64,000 nucleotides of DNA, from contig OZ271854.1 in the NCBI GenBank assembly GCA_965601925.1, positions 1,760,001-1,824,000 on the forward strand. The letters run 5' to 3'. A program made the position numbers and the translations under genes. The stretch is from Alkalispirochaeta sp. Its GTDB lineage: Bacteria > Spirochaetota > Spirochaetia > DSM-27196 > Alkalispirochaetaceae. This document shows, piece after piece, positions 46,511-56,688 of the stretch; the first letter of the stretch is position 1; each line of letters begins with the position of its first letter. The notes below the pieces were generated by a model. The model was not told the DNA's origin. It saw nothing but the letters and a program-made list of their open reading frames with translations, and did no database searches.

Positions 46511-47780
46511 GACGCTCGATACGAGCTCCCAATGAGCTCAAACGGCGCGTAAGATCCTCATAGCCCCGTTCGATCTGGTACACGTTGCCTATGACGCTTC
46601 GTCCCTGCGCACAGAGTGCGGCAATGACCATCGCCATACCCGCTCTGACGTCCGGCGAGGTGAGTTGCGACCCGGTGAGCGTCGCGGGGCCGCTTACCAC
46701 TGCGCGGTGCGGATCGCACAACACGATCCTCGCACCCATGCCGATCAGCTTGTCGACGAAGAACATTCTCGATTCGAACATCTTTTCGTGGATGAGAATC
46801 GTCCCATCGACCTGTGTCGCCAACACGGTGACGATACTGGTGAGATCGGGCGGAAAACCGGGCCACGGGCTATCGTCGATTTTTGGGATCATGCCTCCCA
46901 AGTCCGGTTGTACCGCGAGACGCTGATCGGCTCCGACGTGAATCGTATCTCCGTCGACGTCCCAATCGATGCCCAGTTTGTTGAAGGCGATGCGCGTCAT
47001 CTTCAGCTGTCCGGGGTTCGCGCGTTCGATCGTCACCTCTCCCCGTGTGGCGGCGGCCAAACCGATGAAGCTTCCGACCTCCATAAAATCGGCGCCGATG
47101 TCGAAGTTCGTTCCGTTGAGCTTTCGCACGCCGCGGATGGAGAGAATGTTGGATCCGATACCGGTAATGCGGGCTCCCATGCTGTTGAGCATGCGGCATA
47201 GATCCTGGACGTGCGGCTCGCTCGCCGCGTTTTCGATTCGGGTGTCGCCCTCGGCGAATACCGCCGCCATGATCGCGTTCTCCGTGGCGGTCACCGACGC
47301 TTCGTCGAGAAACAGCTCCGTTCCGATAAGGCGATTTGATGCGAGGCGAAAGCTGTGGTTGACTTCCACCGAGGCGCCCAGTCCTTCGAGGGCCAGAAAG
47401 TGGGTGTCCAGGCGGCGGCGTCCGATAACGTCGCCTCCGGGAGGGGGAAGCGTGACCGTTCCGGTGCGGGCCAACAGCGGCCCGGCAAGCAGGATCGACG
47501 CGCGAATCTTCCCCGACATTTCAGGCGATATTTCCGATCCGGCCAGTCCGGCCGCGTTGATACGCCACGTGTTGGTGCCCTCTCTGTCTACGCGGCACCC
47601 AAGCTCGCCGAGGATCGAGAGCATCACGTGCACATCCTCGATATCCGGGATGTTTCCCAGGACGACGTCCTCTTCCGTAAGAATCGCCGCGGCGATACAG
47701 GGAAGCGCTGCGTTTTTGTTGCCGCTTGCCGTAACGCGCCCCTGAATGGGCTGGCCACCTTCAATGACGTACTTGTACAT
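46494..47780 (-). CDS. murA: UDP-N-acetylglucosamine 1-carboxyvinyltransferase
   Basis: SGNKNAALP, RASILLAGPLL, SVTATEN, PWPGFPPD, IERGYE. Confidence 0.95.
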   Translation of the reverse strand: MYKYVIEGGQPIQGRVTASGNKNAALPCIAAAILTEEDVVLGNIPDIEDVHVMLSILGELGCRVDREGTNTWRINAAGLAGSEISPEMSGKIRASILLAGPLLARTGTVTLPPPGGDVIGRRRLDTHFLALEGLGASVEVNHSFRLASNRLIGTELFLDEASVTATENAIMAAVFAEGDTRIENAASEPHVQDLCRMLNSMGARITGIGSNILSIRGVRKLNGTNFDIGADFMEVGSFIGLAAATRGEVTIERANPGQLKMTRIAFNKLGIDWDVDGDTIHVGADQRLAVQPDLGGMIPKIDDSPWPGFPPDLTSIVTVLATQVDGTILIHEKMFESRMFFVDKLIGMGARIVLCDPHRAVVSGPATLTGSQLTSPDVRAGMAMVIAALCAQGRSVIGNVYQIERGYEDLTRRLSSLGARIERLTLSE

Positions 47781-47812
47781 AGTACGCTCCTTTCGAGATC
47801 AATGTGGTTCGG

Positions 47813-48844
47813 TTAGTCGAGGCCGACGAGGCGAACCGGTAGGTCGGTCAGTGGATCGGCTTCGAGCACGATCGAGAGACGATACAACTCGTACTCGATC
47901 GCGATGTCATGGGCGAGCTCCCACCGCGGGAGGCCCAGTTCAAGGGTCAGTTCTACAACTTCCGGTATTGTTACGAGTCGGGCCGGCAATAGGTGCGACG
48001 CCGGAGGTGCGTCGTCCAACGGCCGGAGCGCTCCGTCGATACGCTCCAACCACGCGTCGTCGGCGCTCATAGTCAACTGCGCTTCAAATGCCGCCAAACG
48101 GTCATTGAGGCGTCTGAGGAGCGCAATCGACGCGTTGTGGACAAAATCCTCCCCGGTCCAGGAAAAGGCGTCGACGATGATCTCTCTACGCCCGTCGGCC
48201 TCGAACACCTGCATGTACTGGACAAGTTCTTTGCGTTGATCGCCGTCCAAATCGCGGAGCGTCGACCTCGTCATCGCCGACAACTGAGTCTTGAGAATAT
48301 ATGGATTCCCCTCGGCAACCAAAACGATGAGCTCCTCTTCCCGATTCCCGAATGCGAGACGTATTCGAAGCCCGTTCGGCGAACCGTTGGCGGCGTGCAG
48401 GAATATTTCTTCCACATGTAGGACCGAAGCGCCGCTGCCGACCGGCTGTATGTCGACCTCGTCTCGTCCACGACCGTCCGTCGTCGCCTGAATCACCGCG
48501 ATGTGGACGTCGGTTTGCAGAAGTCCGAGAACCGCGGCTTCGTTTCGACGGGATTGCGGCGCGTGAAAGACCCCTGCGACCGGCGCTTGCTCGAAGGAGA
48601 TCAACTGATATCCCTCGCGACGGGTCTCCGGAAGGGCGTGAAGGTACGCGGCGACGTCGTCGACGGTTGCCGTCTCGCGGTCGAAGTCGTTCCCATCGCC
48701 CGCCGATTGCCCATCGGAGGGGCGGTCGCTCGTCTCGGGTGTCGCTAAATGAGTCGACACGTGCGCCCCGTCGCCGGTCGCGCACGAGGCGAGATAGAAC
48801 ACCGCGAGAAGAGTAGTGATCGATACCGATGCGGCGAATCGCAT
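47813..48844 (-). CDS. Hypothetical lipoprotein
   Basis: Hydrophobic leader with LASC lipobox; DLDGDQRKE Ca-binding-like motif. Confidence 0.7.
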   Translation of the reverse strand: MRFAASVSITTLLAVFYLASCATGDGAHVSTHLATPETSDRPSDGQSAGDGNDFDRETATVDDVAAYLHALPETRREGYQLISFEQAPVAGVFHAPQSRRNEAAVLGLLQTDVHIAVIQATTDGRGRDEVDIQPVGSGASVLHVEEIFLHAANGSPNGLRIRLAFGNREEELIVLVAEGNPYILKTQLSAMTRSTLRDLDGDQRKELVQYMQVFEADGRREIIVDAFSWTGEDFVHNASIALLRRLNDRLAAFEAQLTMSADDAWLERIDGALRPLDDAPPASHLLPARLVTIPEVVELTLELGLPRWELAHDIAIEYELYRLSIVLEADPLTDLPVRLVGLD

Positions 48845-48885
48845 ACTTGCAGCAATGGTAGCGCTTGGCTACAGTGAGGCGCAAC

Positions 48886-50268
48886 ATGAAAGTCATGAAA
48901 TTCGGCGGGAGTTCTCTTGCCGACGAGATGCGGATTCGCGGTGCCGCGCGGATCGTCCGAGACGCTATGCAGGAAGAACCGGTGGCCGTCGTTCTGTCGG
49001 CGATGAAGGGTGTTACCGACACGCTTCTGGAGGCGGCACGCAGGGCGGAACGGGGCGAGGCCGGGTATCACAATCTCGTAGAGACCCTTCGTGCGCGCCA
49101 TCGCGAGGCGATCGAGGCGTTGATTGCAAGCGGCGACGCCGCCGAAGTCGTCGACGATGCGATGTCACTTTTGGACGAGCTCGCGGATTTATTGCACGGC
49201 GTGGAGTTGATTCGCGAGTGTTCGCCGCGGACGATGGATCTGGTGCTGAGCTTCGGTGAGCGTCTCAGCTGCCTTACTATGCGCGCATTTCTCACTCGGG
49301 AGGGCGAGCCGGCTGAGTTTGTAGACGCGCGAGAGATGGTGATAACCGACACGACTCACGGCAGCGCCGTCGTCGACTACACCGAGACCTATCAGCGGAT
49401 CGCCGCACATCTGCATCGTTGTGCCGGGATTCCGATTATCACCGGGTTCATCGCCTCCTCTCACGACGGCGTAACCACGACGTTGGGACGTAATGGGTCG
49501 GATTACACCGCGTCGCTCGTCGGTGCGGCGATCGGAGCCTCGTCGGTCGAGATATGGACCGATGTAGACGGTGTGATGAGTGCCGACCCGCGTTGCGTCG
49601 GGGACGCCTTCGTCATCCCCGAGATCAGTCTGCAAGAGGCGATGGAACTTTCATATTTCGGAGCGGAGGTCATCCATCCGTATACGATGATTCCCGCGGT
49701 GGAACGCGACATACCGCTGTGGATTAAGAATACTCTCAACCCGGCCGTTGCCGGCACCTTGATCAGCGGTCGTCCCGTACCCCACGATCGCGACATCACC
49801 GGTCTCGCCTCGATCGGCAACGTCGCGTTGGTCAATGTCGAGGGGGGCGGTATGCTCGGGATACCGGGGATCGCCTCTCGAGTGTTCGGTGCCTTGGCAA
49901 AGGCCGGCATCAACATCATCATGATTTCGCAAGCGTCCAGCGAGCACAGCATCTGTATCTGCATCCGGGAAACGCAGCTCGAGCGTGCATTAGACTCTTT
50001 GCGTGAGGAGTTGCACGACGAGCTTGACCATCGACGCATCGATCAGTTCGAAGAGCAAAGGCGGCTGGAGGTCGTTGCGGTAATCGGCGCCAATATGCGC
50101 GGCCGGCCCGGCATCGCCGGGCGGTTGTTCAACGCGCTGGGGGATGCCGAGATTAACGTGCTTGCCATTGCGCAAGGTTCGAGCGAGATGAATATCTCGT
50201 TCGTAATCGACCGGGATGAGCGCAGGCGCGCGCTCAACGCAGTGCATCGCGCCTTTTTTTCGGCGTAG
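48886..50268 (+). CDS. lysC: Aspartate kinase (monofunctional, two ACT domains)
   Basis: VMKFGGSS, SFGERLS, TLGRNGSDYTA, WTDVDG.MSADPR; no homoserine dehydrogenase domain. Confidence 0.9.
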   Translation: MKVMKFGGSSLADEMRIRGAARIVRDAMQEEPVAVVLSAMKGVTDTLLEAARRAERGEAGYHNLVETLRARHREAIEALIASGDAAEVVDDAMSLLDELADLLHGVELIRECSPRTMDLVLSFGERLSCLTMRAFLTREGEPAEFVDAREMVITDTTHGSAVVDYTETYQRIAAHLHRCAGIPIITGFIASSHDGVTTTLGRNGSDYTASLVGAAIGASSVEIWTDVDGVMSADPRCVGDAFVIPEISLQEAMELSYFGAEVIHPYTMIPAVERDIPLWIKNTLNPAVAGTLISGRPVPHDRDITGLASIGNVALVNVEGGGMLGIPGIASRVFGALAKAGINIIMISQASSEHSICICIRETQLERALDSLREELHDELDHRRIDQFEEQRRLEVVAVIGANMRGRPGIAGRLFNALGDAEINVLAIAQGSSEMNISFVIDRDERRRALNAVHRAFFSA

Positions 50269-50325
50269 TGCCGGTGTCGGGTGCGGCGGTGAGCCTGTCG
50301 CGCCGGGAATGAGAGAGGAAGTATC

Positions 50326-51639
50326 ATGAGATTCTCGAGTACGCGAGATCCCCAGCATACTGAGGTGTCCTTCGGTGAGGCGATCTTTCGGGGCCTTGCG
50401 CCCGACGGCGGGCTGTATCACCCGACCGACGAGCCCGATCTCAGGGCGTTGATTCGCAGCTTCGGCGACGATACCGCCTTTGTCGACCTCTCGGCGGCGC
50501 TGATTCAAGGACTTCTGCCGGAGGACTACGACGCGACCGCCGCTCGTAATGTAGCGCTCCGCGCCTTTCCCTTTGCTCCGCGCCTGGCGGAACTCGAACC
50601 CGGTATCGTCCTTCTGGAGCTGTTCCACGGCCCGTCATGCGCGTTTAAGGATTTCGGTGCGAGCTTTTTGGCCGCCGCCATGGAGGATTATCTTGCCGAA
50701 CGTCGATCGCGGGCGGTCATCCTCACGGCGACCAGCGGCGATACCGGGAGCGCGGTCGCCCACGCCTTCCTCGACCGCGAGAACATCGACGTCGTGATCC
50801 TCTATCCGTCGGGGAAGGTGAGTCCGTTACAGGAAAAACAGCTCACGACACTCGGCGGCAATGTGCTTGCTTTGGAGGTCGCCGGCACGTTCGACGACTG
50901 TCAACGGATGGTCAAAGAGGCGTTCGTCGACGAGTCGCTGAAGGAGCGGTTCAACTTGACCTCCGCCAACAGCATCAACGTCGGCAGGCTCATCCCGCAG
51001 AGTTTTTACTACGTGTACGCCTTCGCCCAGCTCAAAGAGCAGATCCACGACGAGATCGTCTTTTGCGTCCCGAGCGGCAATTTCGGGAACCTCACGGCCG
51101 GAATCCTCGCGTGGCGCTGGGGCATGCCGACCTCCGGGTTCATTGCGGCGACCAACGTCAACGATGTGGTGCCGCAATATCTCAAGACCGGGGTCTTCTC
51201 ACCGCGGCCGTCGGTACCGACGTTGGCCAACGCGATGGATGTGGGAAACCCGAGTAACTTCGAGCGCCTTACCGCGTTGTTTCTCGGCGAGATGCTCGAA
51301 GTAACAAGTCTTCTCTCGGGAGTAGCGGTAGACGATCAACTGATCGCAGAGACGATGAAGAGCGTATGGGCCGCCCACGGCAGGCTTATCTGCCCGCACA
51401 CCGCGACCGGCGTGTATGCCGCTCGGCGACGCCTTGCCGAGGAGCGGGGAAGCGACGCGACTGTGGTTACTCTGGCGACCGCGCATCCGGCGAAGTTTGT
51501 CGAGGTCTGTCGCGATGCGGTCGGAGTAGAGCCGGAGATTCCCGAGCGGTTGGCGCGCCTGCTTGACCTCCCGAAGCGATCGGTCGCCGTAGAGCCGACG
51601 CTCGAGGCGTTGCGATCCGCTCTCGTGGAGCACGTGTAA
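50326..51639 (+). CDS. thrC: Threonine synthase
   Basis: GLAPDGGLY, ELFHGPSCAFKDFG, ATSGDTG, NSINVGR, VPSGNFGN, TAHPAKF. Confidence 0.95.
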   Translation: MRFSSTRDPQHTEVSFGEAIFRGLAPDGGLYHPTDEPDLRALIRSFGDDTAFVDLSAALIQGLLPEDYDATAARNVALRAFPFAPRLAELEPGIVLLELFHGPSCAFKDFGASFLAAAMEDYLAERRSRAVILTATSGDTGSAVAHAFLDRENIDVVILYPSGKVSPLQEKQLTTLGGNVLALEVAGTFDDCQRMVKEAFVDESLKERFNLTSANSINVGRLIPQSFYYVYAFAQLKEQIHDEIVFCVPSGNFGNLTAGILAWRWGMPTSGFIAATNVNDVVPQYLKTGVFSPRPSVPTLANAMDVGNPSNFERLTALFLGEMLEVTSLLSGVAVDDQLIAETMKSVWAAHGRLICPHTATGVYAARRRLAEERGSDATVVTLATAHPAKFVEVCRDAVGVEPEIPERLARLLDLPKRSVAVEPTLEALRSALVEHV

Positions 51640-51658
51640 CGGTCGTCTCGATATATCG

Positions 51659-52807
51659 CTATTCGACGTACTGTTTCACCATCTGCCGCATCGGCGCGAG
51701 TTGGGCGTTGCGGCGCTCGCGTTTGAGAAACCGACGATAGACCGTACATGCACGGTAGTATGCGTCGGGGCCGCGATAGGTCGAGCTCAGATCGCACCGG
51801 TAGAGCTCCAACAGAAGCGGAAAGAGGTTGGAGCCCATAATCGGACCGGTCAGAGAATCGGGGAGGCGCTCCAGTTCACCGGGAATCATGTGGTAGCGCA
51901 CGAGCCATCGCGCGCCTTCGGTGATCTCTTTATCGAACTGGAGGCGGCGGAGTATGCGTGTCGCCACATCCGCACCGATATCGGCGTGCCGATTGAAGCG
52001 TCGGGGGCCTTCGGACGTCGCATACGGTTTGCCGCAGTCGTGGAGGAGCAGGCCGAGCCCGATGAGTAGATCCGTCGTCTTACGATAACGAAACGTCTCG
52101 AGGCTATGGCGCCAGACGTTACCCTCCGGATGTCCCTCTTTGCTGTGCTCGGTACGATTCATCGGCGCGAGTTCCGGGAGGATATCGTCTATGTAGCCCT
52201 CTCGATAGAGGAGTTCCAGCGCACGCCAGGCGAACTTCCCCGTAATGATCGAGGTCATGAGCAGACGGTGCCATATCGCCGGCAGGCCCGCGTCGCCGTG
52301 CCAGGTGGGGCGGTCGGCCGGCGCTTCCGTCGGCGCGATCGGAAAGCGAGCGGTGATCATTGCAGCTTCCGCCGTGCCGAGCCCGTCAATTCGCACCGGA
52401 TCGATGTCGGCCGCCTCCGGTGCGTTCCCCCGTTTGTCGCGTCGGGAGCGGGAGCGCGCCTCCTTGAGGAGCGGATACAACCCGTCGGGGTCGGCAAAGG
52501 CGCGACGTATCGGATCCCACGAGAAGCGGAGGAGCGGGTGATCCGCGGTGCTCTCTCGGTGGTATGCCGTCTCCGCGGCCTCTACGGTCCGAAGGAGTAC
52601 CTCTCGACCCTCGATGCGTACCAATGCGTCCCATCCCGGCATACCGGGAAATTGCAGCGTGTCAAACGTTGAGGCGAGCTCGACGATCTCCAAATGGGTT
52701 TCTGCCGTCACGATCGGCCCGGCGGCCATCCCGAAGAACGTCTCCAACGCCGAGATACCCACCAAGCGATAATCGATTCCACGGGCGTCCAGCTCCGGGA
52801 TTCTCAT
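51659..52807 (-). CDS. HD-domain protein related to CCA-adding/poly(A) polymerases; nucleotidyltransferase head degenerate
   Basis: ILPEL..M....HSKEGHPEGNVWRHS, LLHDCGKP, FNRHADIG, HM. Confidence 0.75.
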   Translation of the reverse strand: MRIPELDARGIDYRLVGISALETFFGMAAGPIVTAETHLEIVELASTFDTLQFPGMPGWDALVRIEGREVLLRTVEAAETAYHRESTADHPLLRFSWDPIRRAFADPDGLYPLLKEARSRSRRDKRGNAPEAADIDPVRIDGLGTAEAAMITARFPIAPTEAPADRPTWHGDAGLPAIWHRLLMTSIITGKFAWRALELLYREGYIDDILPELAPMNRTEHSKEGHPEGNVWRHSLETFRYRKTTDLLIGLGLLLHDCGKPYATSEGPRRFNRHADIGADVATRILRRLQFDKEITEGARWLVRYHMIPGELERLPDSLTGPIMGSNLFPLLLELYRCDLSSTYRGPDAYYRACTVYRRFLKRERRNAQLAPMRQMVKQYVE

Positions 52808-52839
52808 GGTGATTCAAACAATATCGCGTCCGACTCGAC

Positions 52840-54618
52840 TCAGTCCAGTTTTGCGACTAGATCGGGGAGATCGAGCGCCGCGAGCGTACGTTTGATCGAC
52901 GAGACGGTTTCTCGGACAAAGTGGTCGTCGTCGATCTCGGGATGCGTTTGTCGATAGTCGGGAATAATGCTGTCTCCGCGTGTGATATCGCGCTCCCGGG
53001 ACGACCGAACCCCGTCAAGAAGCGTAACGAGAAGGCTCCCGTAATCGTTTCGTTCCTTCTCGGTGAGGTCGTCGGGGCGAGATCTGCGATAACATCCCAA
53101 ACGGACGTACTCGTCGTACGCTTTAATCGCCTCTCTGCGGTCGCGCTCCCGGAGTACATTGGCACCCAATCCGTCGATGTCGCCCGGTAGATACACATCC
53201 TGTGCTCCGCGCTCCTCGATCGCGACGAGGCGCCGACGCCCGTCCTCCATCATCGTCATAATGTCGGGGCGAAAGATGTCGAAATCAAAATCGCTTCGTC
53301 GCGCTTTGTTGCGGCGACGGAACTTGGCTTCGTTGCGCATGAGGGCGTAAACGTTTTTGCGAAGCATCCACGCCGGAATCAGCAGGTTGAGTCCCTCCGG
53401 CACCTCGTCGAGATCGGTGATCTGGGTGATCAACGAAAAGGGAAACGCCAAACGTTGGGGGGCCGTTATCACGCCGGTGGCGATGACCGAGTAGGGCGAC
53501 TGGGAAAAGTTCGCGGGAAACTTAACCGAACAGTCCAGGCCGAAGAACATGCCCTCTCCCGGCCACGCTTCCTGATCCGGCGCCCTGCTGGTGTGGTTGC
53601 TCCCGACATTTGCTCCGTAGCCGATGTTGCCGCGACCTTCGGGCCAGAAGAGCGCAATCATCAGCGACTGGTGATGGGCGGCGACGAACGGTCCGACGAA
53701 GCTTGCGGTAACCTCTCCCTCGCCGATCGACGTATTAGCGGCAATGATCGACTCGGCGATCTGCCCGTGTCGTTCGCAGTGGCTGTGTTCCAACAGCACA
53801 CTTCGTCGTACCATCGCCTGGCTCTCGACGCTCGACCCCCACTGCAGAATCGAGTCGACGACGTGCGCGCCCCCGGCGACGACGATCGGCTCCTCGTGGC
53901 CCGAGAGAAGCGTTGAGCCGCGCACCAACGCGTTGTCGGTGACCGACGAGCCGGCCCCGACCCACGAGGCGACGATAATGGACGAATCGAGCGTGCATCC
54001 GGGGCCGACGTACGTCCATGGAAGGTCGGCTCTCCGGCGATACTCTGCAACGATATCTCGATACTCCGTTGCCGGTTCCCCGCCGACGCTCCGCCGCAGG
54101 ACGAGCTGTGCCAGGTCGTGGTCGAGGTCGGCGAAGACTTCGATTTCTCGTCCGCCGGTCTCGATACCGACCGATAGCTCGAGTCCGTTGGCGTACGCCG
54201 GTGCGGCGGCGTCCATCCTGCCGGCGGTTCGAACGGCAACCGCCTGCACGGAGTGGTCCAGAATCGTTGAGTCCACCAGTGGGCAGCGATAGACCGCGCA
54301 GTCGTCGCCTACAACCGAGTCCTTGATAGTAGAGTGATACACGCCCGTCGGAGTATCGGCCGCGGCGCGAAAGCTTCCCAGTACGCAACGACCGATAAAG
54401 TGGTTCCCGACGACGCCTTGAGAGGTGAAATCGTGCGCCACGAGAACGACGGACCAGTCGGAGCAGACGTTTCCCGTCGCCTCTAAACGGACTATCTCAT
54501 CGGAACGAAGGGGGCGCAGGGCGTTCGCGAGATGACGGGGCAACCCGTCCGAGGCGCCGAGGAAGCGCACGGACTGTATGAACTCGCTCTTGTCGAGGTC
54601 CGGCAGCTGGAAATCCAC
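52840..54618 (-). CDS. DUF4954-like left-handed beta-helix protein
   Basis: LRSDEIVRLEATGNVCSDWS, VGPFVAAHHQSLMIA, GANVGSNH motifs. Confidence 0.7.
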   Translation of the reverse strand: MDFQLPDLDKSEFIQSVRFLGASDGLPRHLANALRPLRSDEIVRLEATGNVCSDWSVVLVAHDFTSQGVVGNHFIGRCVLGSFRAAADTPTGVYHSTIKDSVVGDDCAVYRCPLVDSTILDHSVQAVAVRTAGRMDAAAPAYANGLELSVGIETGGREIEVFADLDHDLAQLVLRRSVGGEPATEYRDIVAEYRRRADLPWTYVGPGCTLDSSIIVASWVGAGSSVTDNALVRGSTLLSGHEEPIVVAGGAHVVDSILQWGSSVESQAMVRRSVLLEHSHCERHGQIAESIIAANTSIGEGEVTASFVGPFVAAHHQSLMIALFWPEGRGNIGYGANVGSNHTSRAPDQEAWPGEGMFFGLDCSVKFPANFSQSPYSVIATGVITAPQRLAFPFSLITQITDLDEVPEGLNLLIPAWMLRKNVYALMRNEAKFRRRNKARRSDFDFDIFRPDIMTMMEDGRRRLVAIEERGAQDVYLPGDIDGLGANVLRERDRREAIKAYDEYVRLGCYRRSRPDDLTEKERNDYGSLLVTLLDGVRSSRERDITRGDSIIPDYRQTHPEIDDDHFVRETVSSIKRTLAALDLPDLVAKLD

Positions 54619-54644
54619 GCCGTCGATGGTACATGATGGGGCCC

Positions 54645-55916
54645 ATGTTGCGGAAGCTGAATCGCGAAGAGCGTAGCTGGGTCGCCTACGATTGGGCCGC
54701 GTCGGCGTATTCGATCGTCATTACCACCGCTATTTTTCCCATTTTTTATCAGAGCATTACCCCCGAGCGGATCTATCTCAGTACGTGGGGATACGCCAAC
54801 AGTCTTGCCAGCCTTTTTGTGGCGGTGCTTGCGCCGATTTTGGGGACGATCGCCGACTATTGGGGGAGGAAGAGACGATTCTTTCTTCTCTTTTTTACAC
54901 TCGGTGTGGTTACGACACTCAGCTTCGTGCTTACCGGAGAGGGTCAGTGGTTGTTGGCCCTGGTGTTGTACATCGGTTCACTCATCGGTTTTTCCGGTGC
55001 CAATCTCTTCTACGATAGTTTCCTGGTAGACGTCACCACCGAAGAGCGTATGGACCGCATTAGCACCATGGGGTTCGGTTTCGGATACATCGGAAGCACT
55101 ATCCCCTTCGTTGCCGGTATCGTCTTGATCACCGCTGCCGAGCGTATCGGCATTTCGACGATGGCGGCGACGCGTCTCGCCTTCCTCATCACCGGTTTGT
55201 GGTGGTTGATATTCGGGATACCGATCATCCGCAATGTACGTCAGAAATACGGCATCGAGCCTCACCCCCAACCGATTCGCGATAGCTTTGCACGTTTGGG
55301 GCGTACTCTGTCGCATATTCGCAGTTATCGTTCGGTCTTCATCTTTCTCGTCGCGTATTTTTTCTATATCGACGGCGTGGACACTATTATTCGTATGGCG
55401 ACGCCCATCGCGCTCTCCATGGGGATAGATTCCAATACGTTGCTCGTTATTCTCCTTGTGATTCAGATCGTCGCCTTTCCCTGCGCGATTTTGTACGGGC
55501 GTCTCGCCGCGCGCTTCAGCGCGTGGAAGATGCTCTTTGTCGGTATCGGTGTGTACGTGGGCGTCGTACTGGTCGCCTTTTTTCTCCCCTCAGTAGCCGA
55601 TATGGGAAGGCGAACCGTACTCTTCTGGGTGCTGAGTCTCATGGTAGCTTCCAGTCAGGGCGGTATCCAAGCGCTCAGTCGATCGATATACGGAAAGCTG
55701 ATTCCCAAAGAGCGCAGCGCCGAGTTTTTCGGGTTTTACAACATTTTCGGACGTTTTGCCGCCATCATGGGACCGTTTCTCGTCGCCTCGGTTACTCAGA
55801 TTACCGGGCAAGAGCGCTTCGGAATCTTGAGCATTCTCATCGTTTTCATCGTGGGCGGCGTCACATTGGCGCTTGGAGGCAACCCCGATTCGTTGGTCGA
55901 TTCCAACGAGGCGTAG
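54645..55916 (+). CDS. MFS transporter, UMF1/Atg22-like family
   Basis: SWVAYDWAASAY, FYDSFL, FFYIDGVDTI, QALSRS, EFFGFY; alternative ATGs at 54633 and 54636. Confidence 0.88.
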   Translation: MLRKLNREERSWVAYDWAASAYSIVITTAIFPIFYQSITPERIYLSTWGYANSLASLFVAVLAPILGTIADYWGRKRRFFLLFFTLGVVTTLSFVLTGEGQWLLALVLYIGSLIGFSGANLFYDSFLVDVTTEERMDRISTMGFGFGYIGSTIPFVAGIVLITAAERIGISTMAATRLAFLITGLWWLIFGIPIIRNVRQKYGIEPHPQPIRDSFARLGRTLSHIRSYRSVFIFLVAYFFYIDGVDTIIRMATPIALSMGIDSNTLLVILLVIQIVAFPCAILYGRLAARFSAWKMLFVGIGVYVGVVLVAFFLPSVADMGRRTVLFWVLSLMVASSQGGIQALSRSIYGKLIPKERSAEFFGFYNIFGRFAAIMGPFLVASVTQITGQERFGILSILIVFIVGGVTLALGGNPDSLVDSNEA

Positions 55917-55932
55917 CGCGCCGCGCGGGCAC

Positions 55933-55959
55933 AAAAAAAGGGCGGGATCGCTCCCGCCC
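55933..55959 (-). terminator. Intrinsic terminator of the YccA-like gene
   Basis: GGGCGGGA/TCCCGCCC stem, 4-nt loop, U7 on the minus strand. Confidence 0.8.
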
Positions 55960-55980
55960 CACGGTCGTCCGCGTGTGTGA

Positions 55981-56688
55981 CTATCGGCGGTTTCCCAGAA
56001 ATCGAAGCATGAAGAGAAACAGATTGACGAAATCGAGATAGAGCTTGAGGGCTCCCATGATCGAGACGCGCACGAAGTCCGCCTCGTCTACCGAATCGCT
56101 CATCTCGTTCGACCACCGCTTGATAATCTGCGTGTCGTACGCCGTAAGTCCCATAAAGAGAAACACGCCGATAAACGAGATGACGTAATCGATCGTCTGG
56201 CTTCCGATGAACATGTTAACGACCGACGCGATGATGATACCGATGAGGCCGGCAAAGAGATACTGTCCCATGCCGCCGAGCTCGCGCTTCGTGACGATCG
56301 CGTACAGACTCAACGCACCGAAGGTCGATGCGGTGACGAAGAAGGTCATCGCGATGCTTACGCCGGTGTACAGTGCAAAAATCACCGACAGCGTGACACC
56401 GTTGAGCACCGAGTAGCCGGCGAACGCAAGGGTCGCCGTAGTCGGACTCATGGTGCGGATGCGCGCCGAGATGATCCACACCAGCGCGAGCTCACCGATG
56501 ATAAGGCCCATAAAAAGGCCTCGATTTCCGACGATGGCGCGAAAAATCTGCGCGTTGCCGGCGACGTACATCGCTACGACGCCGGTAATCGCCAGCCCTA
56601 AAGCCATCCAAAGATAGACGTTGCGTAGAATGCTGCGCTGTCGTGCGAGGGCGCCGTATAGCGTTTGCGCTTGTTCTTGATATGGCAT
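55981..56688 (-). CDS. Bax inhibitor-1/YccA family membrane protein
   Basis: VYLWMALGL, GLTAYDTQ, GALKLYLDFVNLF; GGAGG RBS. Confidence 0.92.
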   Translation of the reverse strand: MPYQEQAQTLYGALARQRSILRNVYLWMALGLAITGVVAMYVAGNAQIFRAIVGNRGLFMGLIIGELALVWIISARIRTMSPTTATLAFAGYSVLNGVTLSVIFALYTGVSIAMTFFVTASTFGALSLYAIVTKRELGGMGQYLFAGLIGIIIASVVNMFIGSQTIDYVISFIGVFLFMGLTAYDTQIIKRWSNEMSDSVDEADFVRVSIMGALKLYLDFVNLFLFMLRFLGNRR

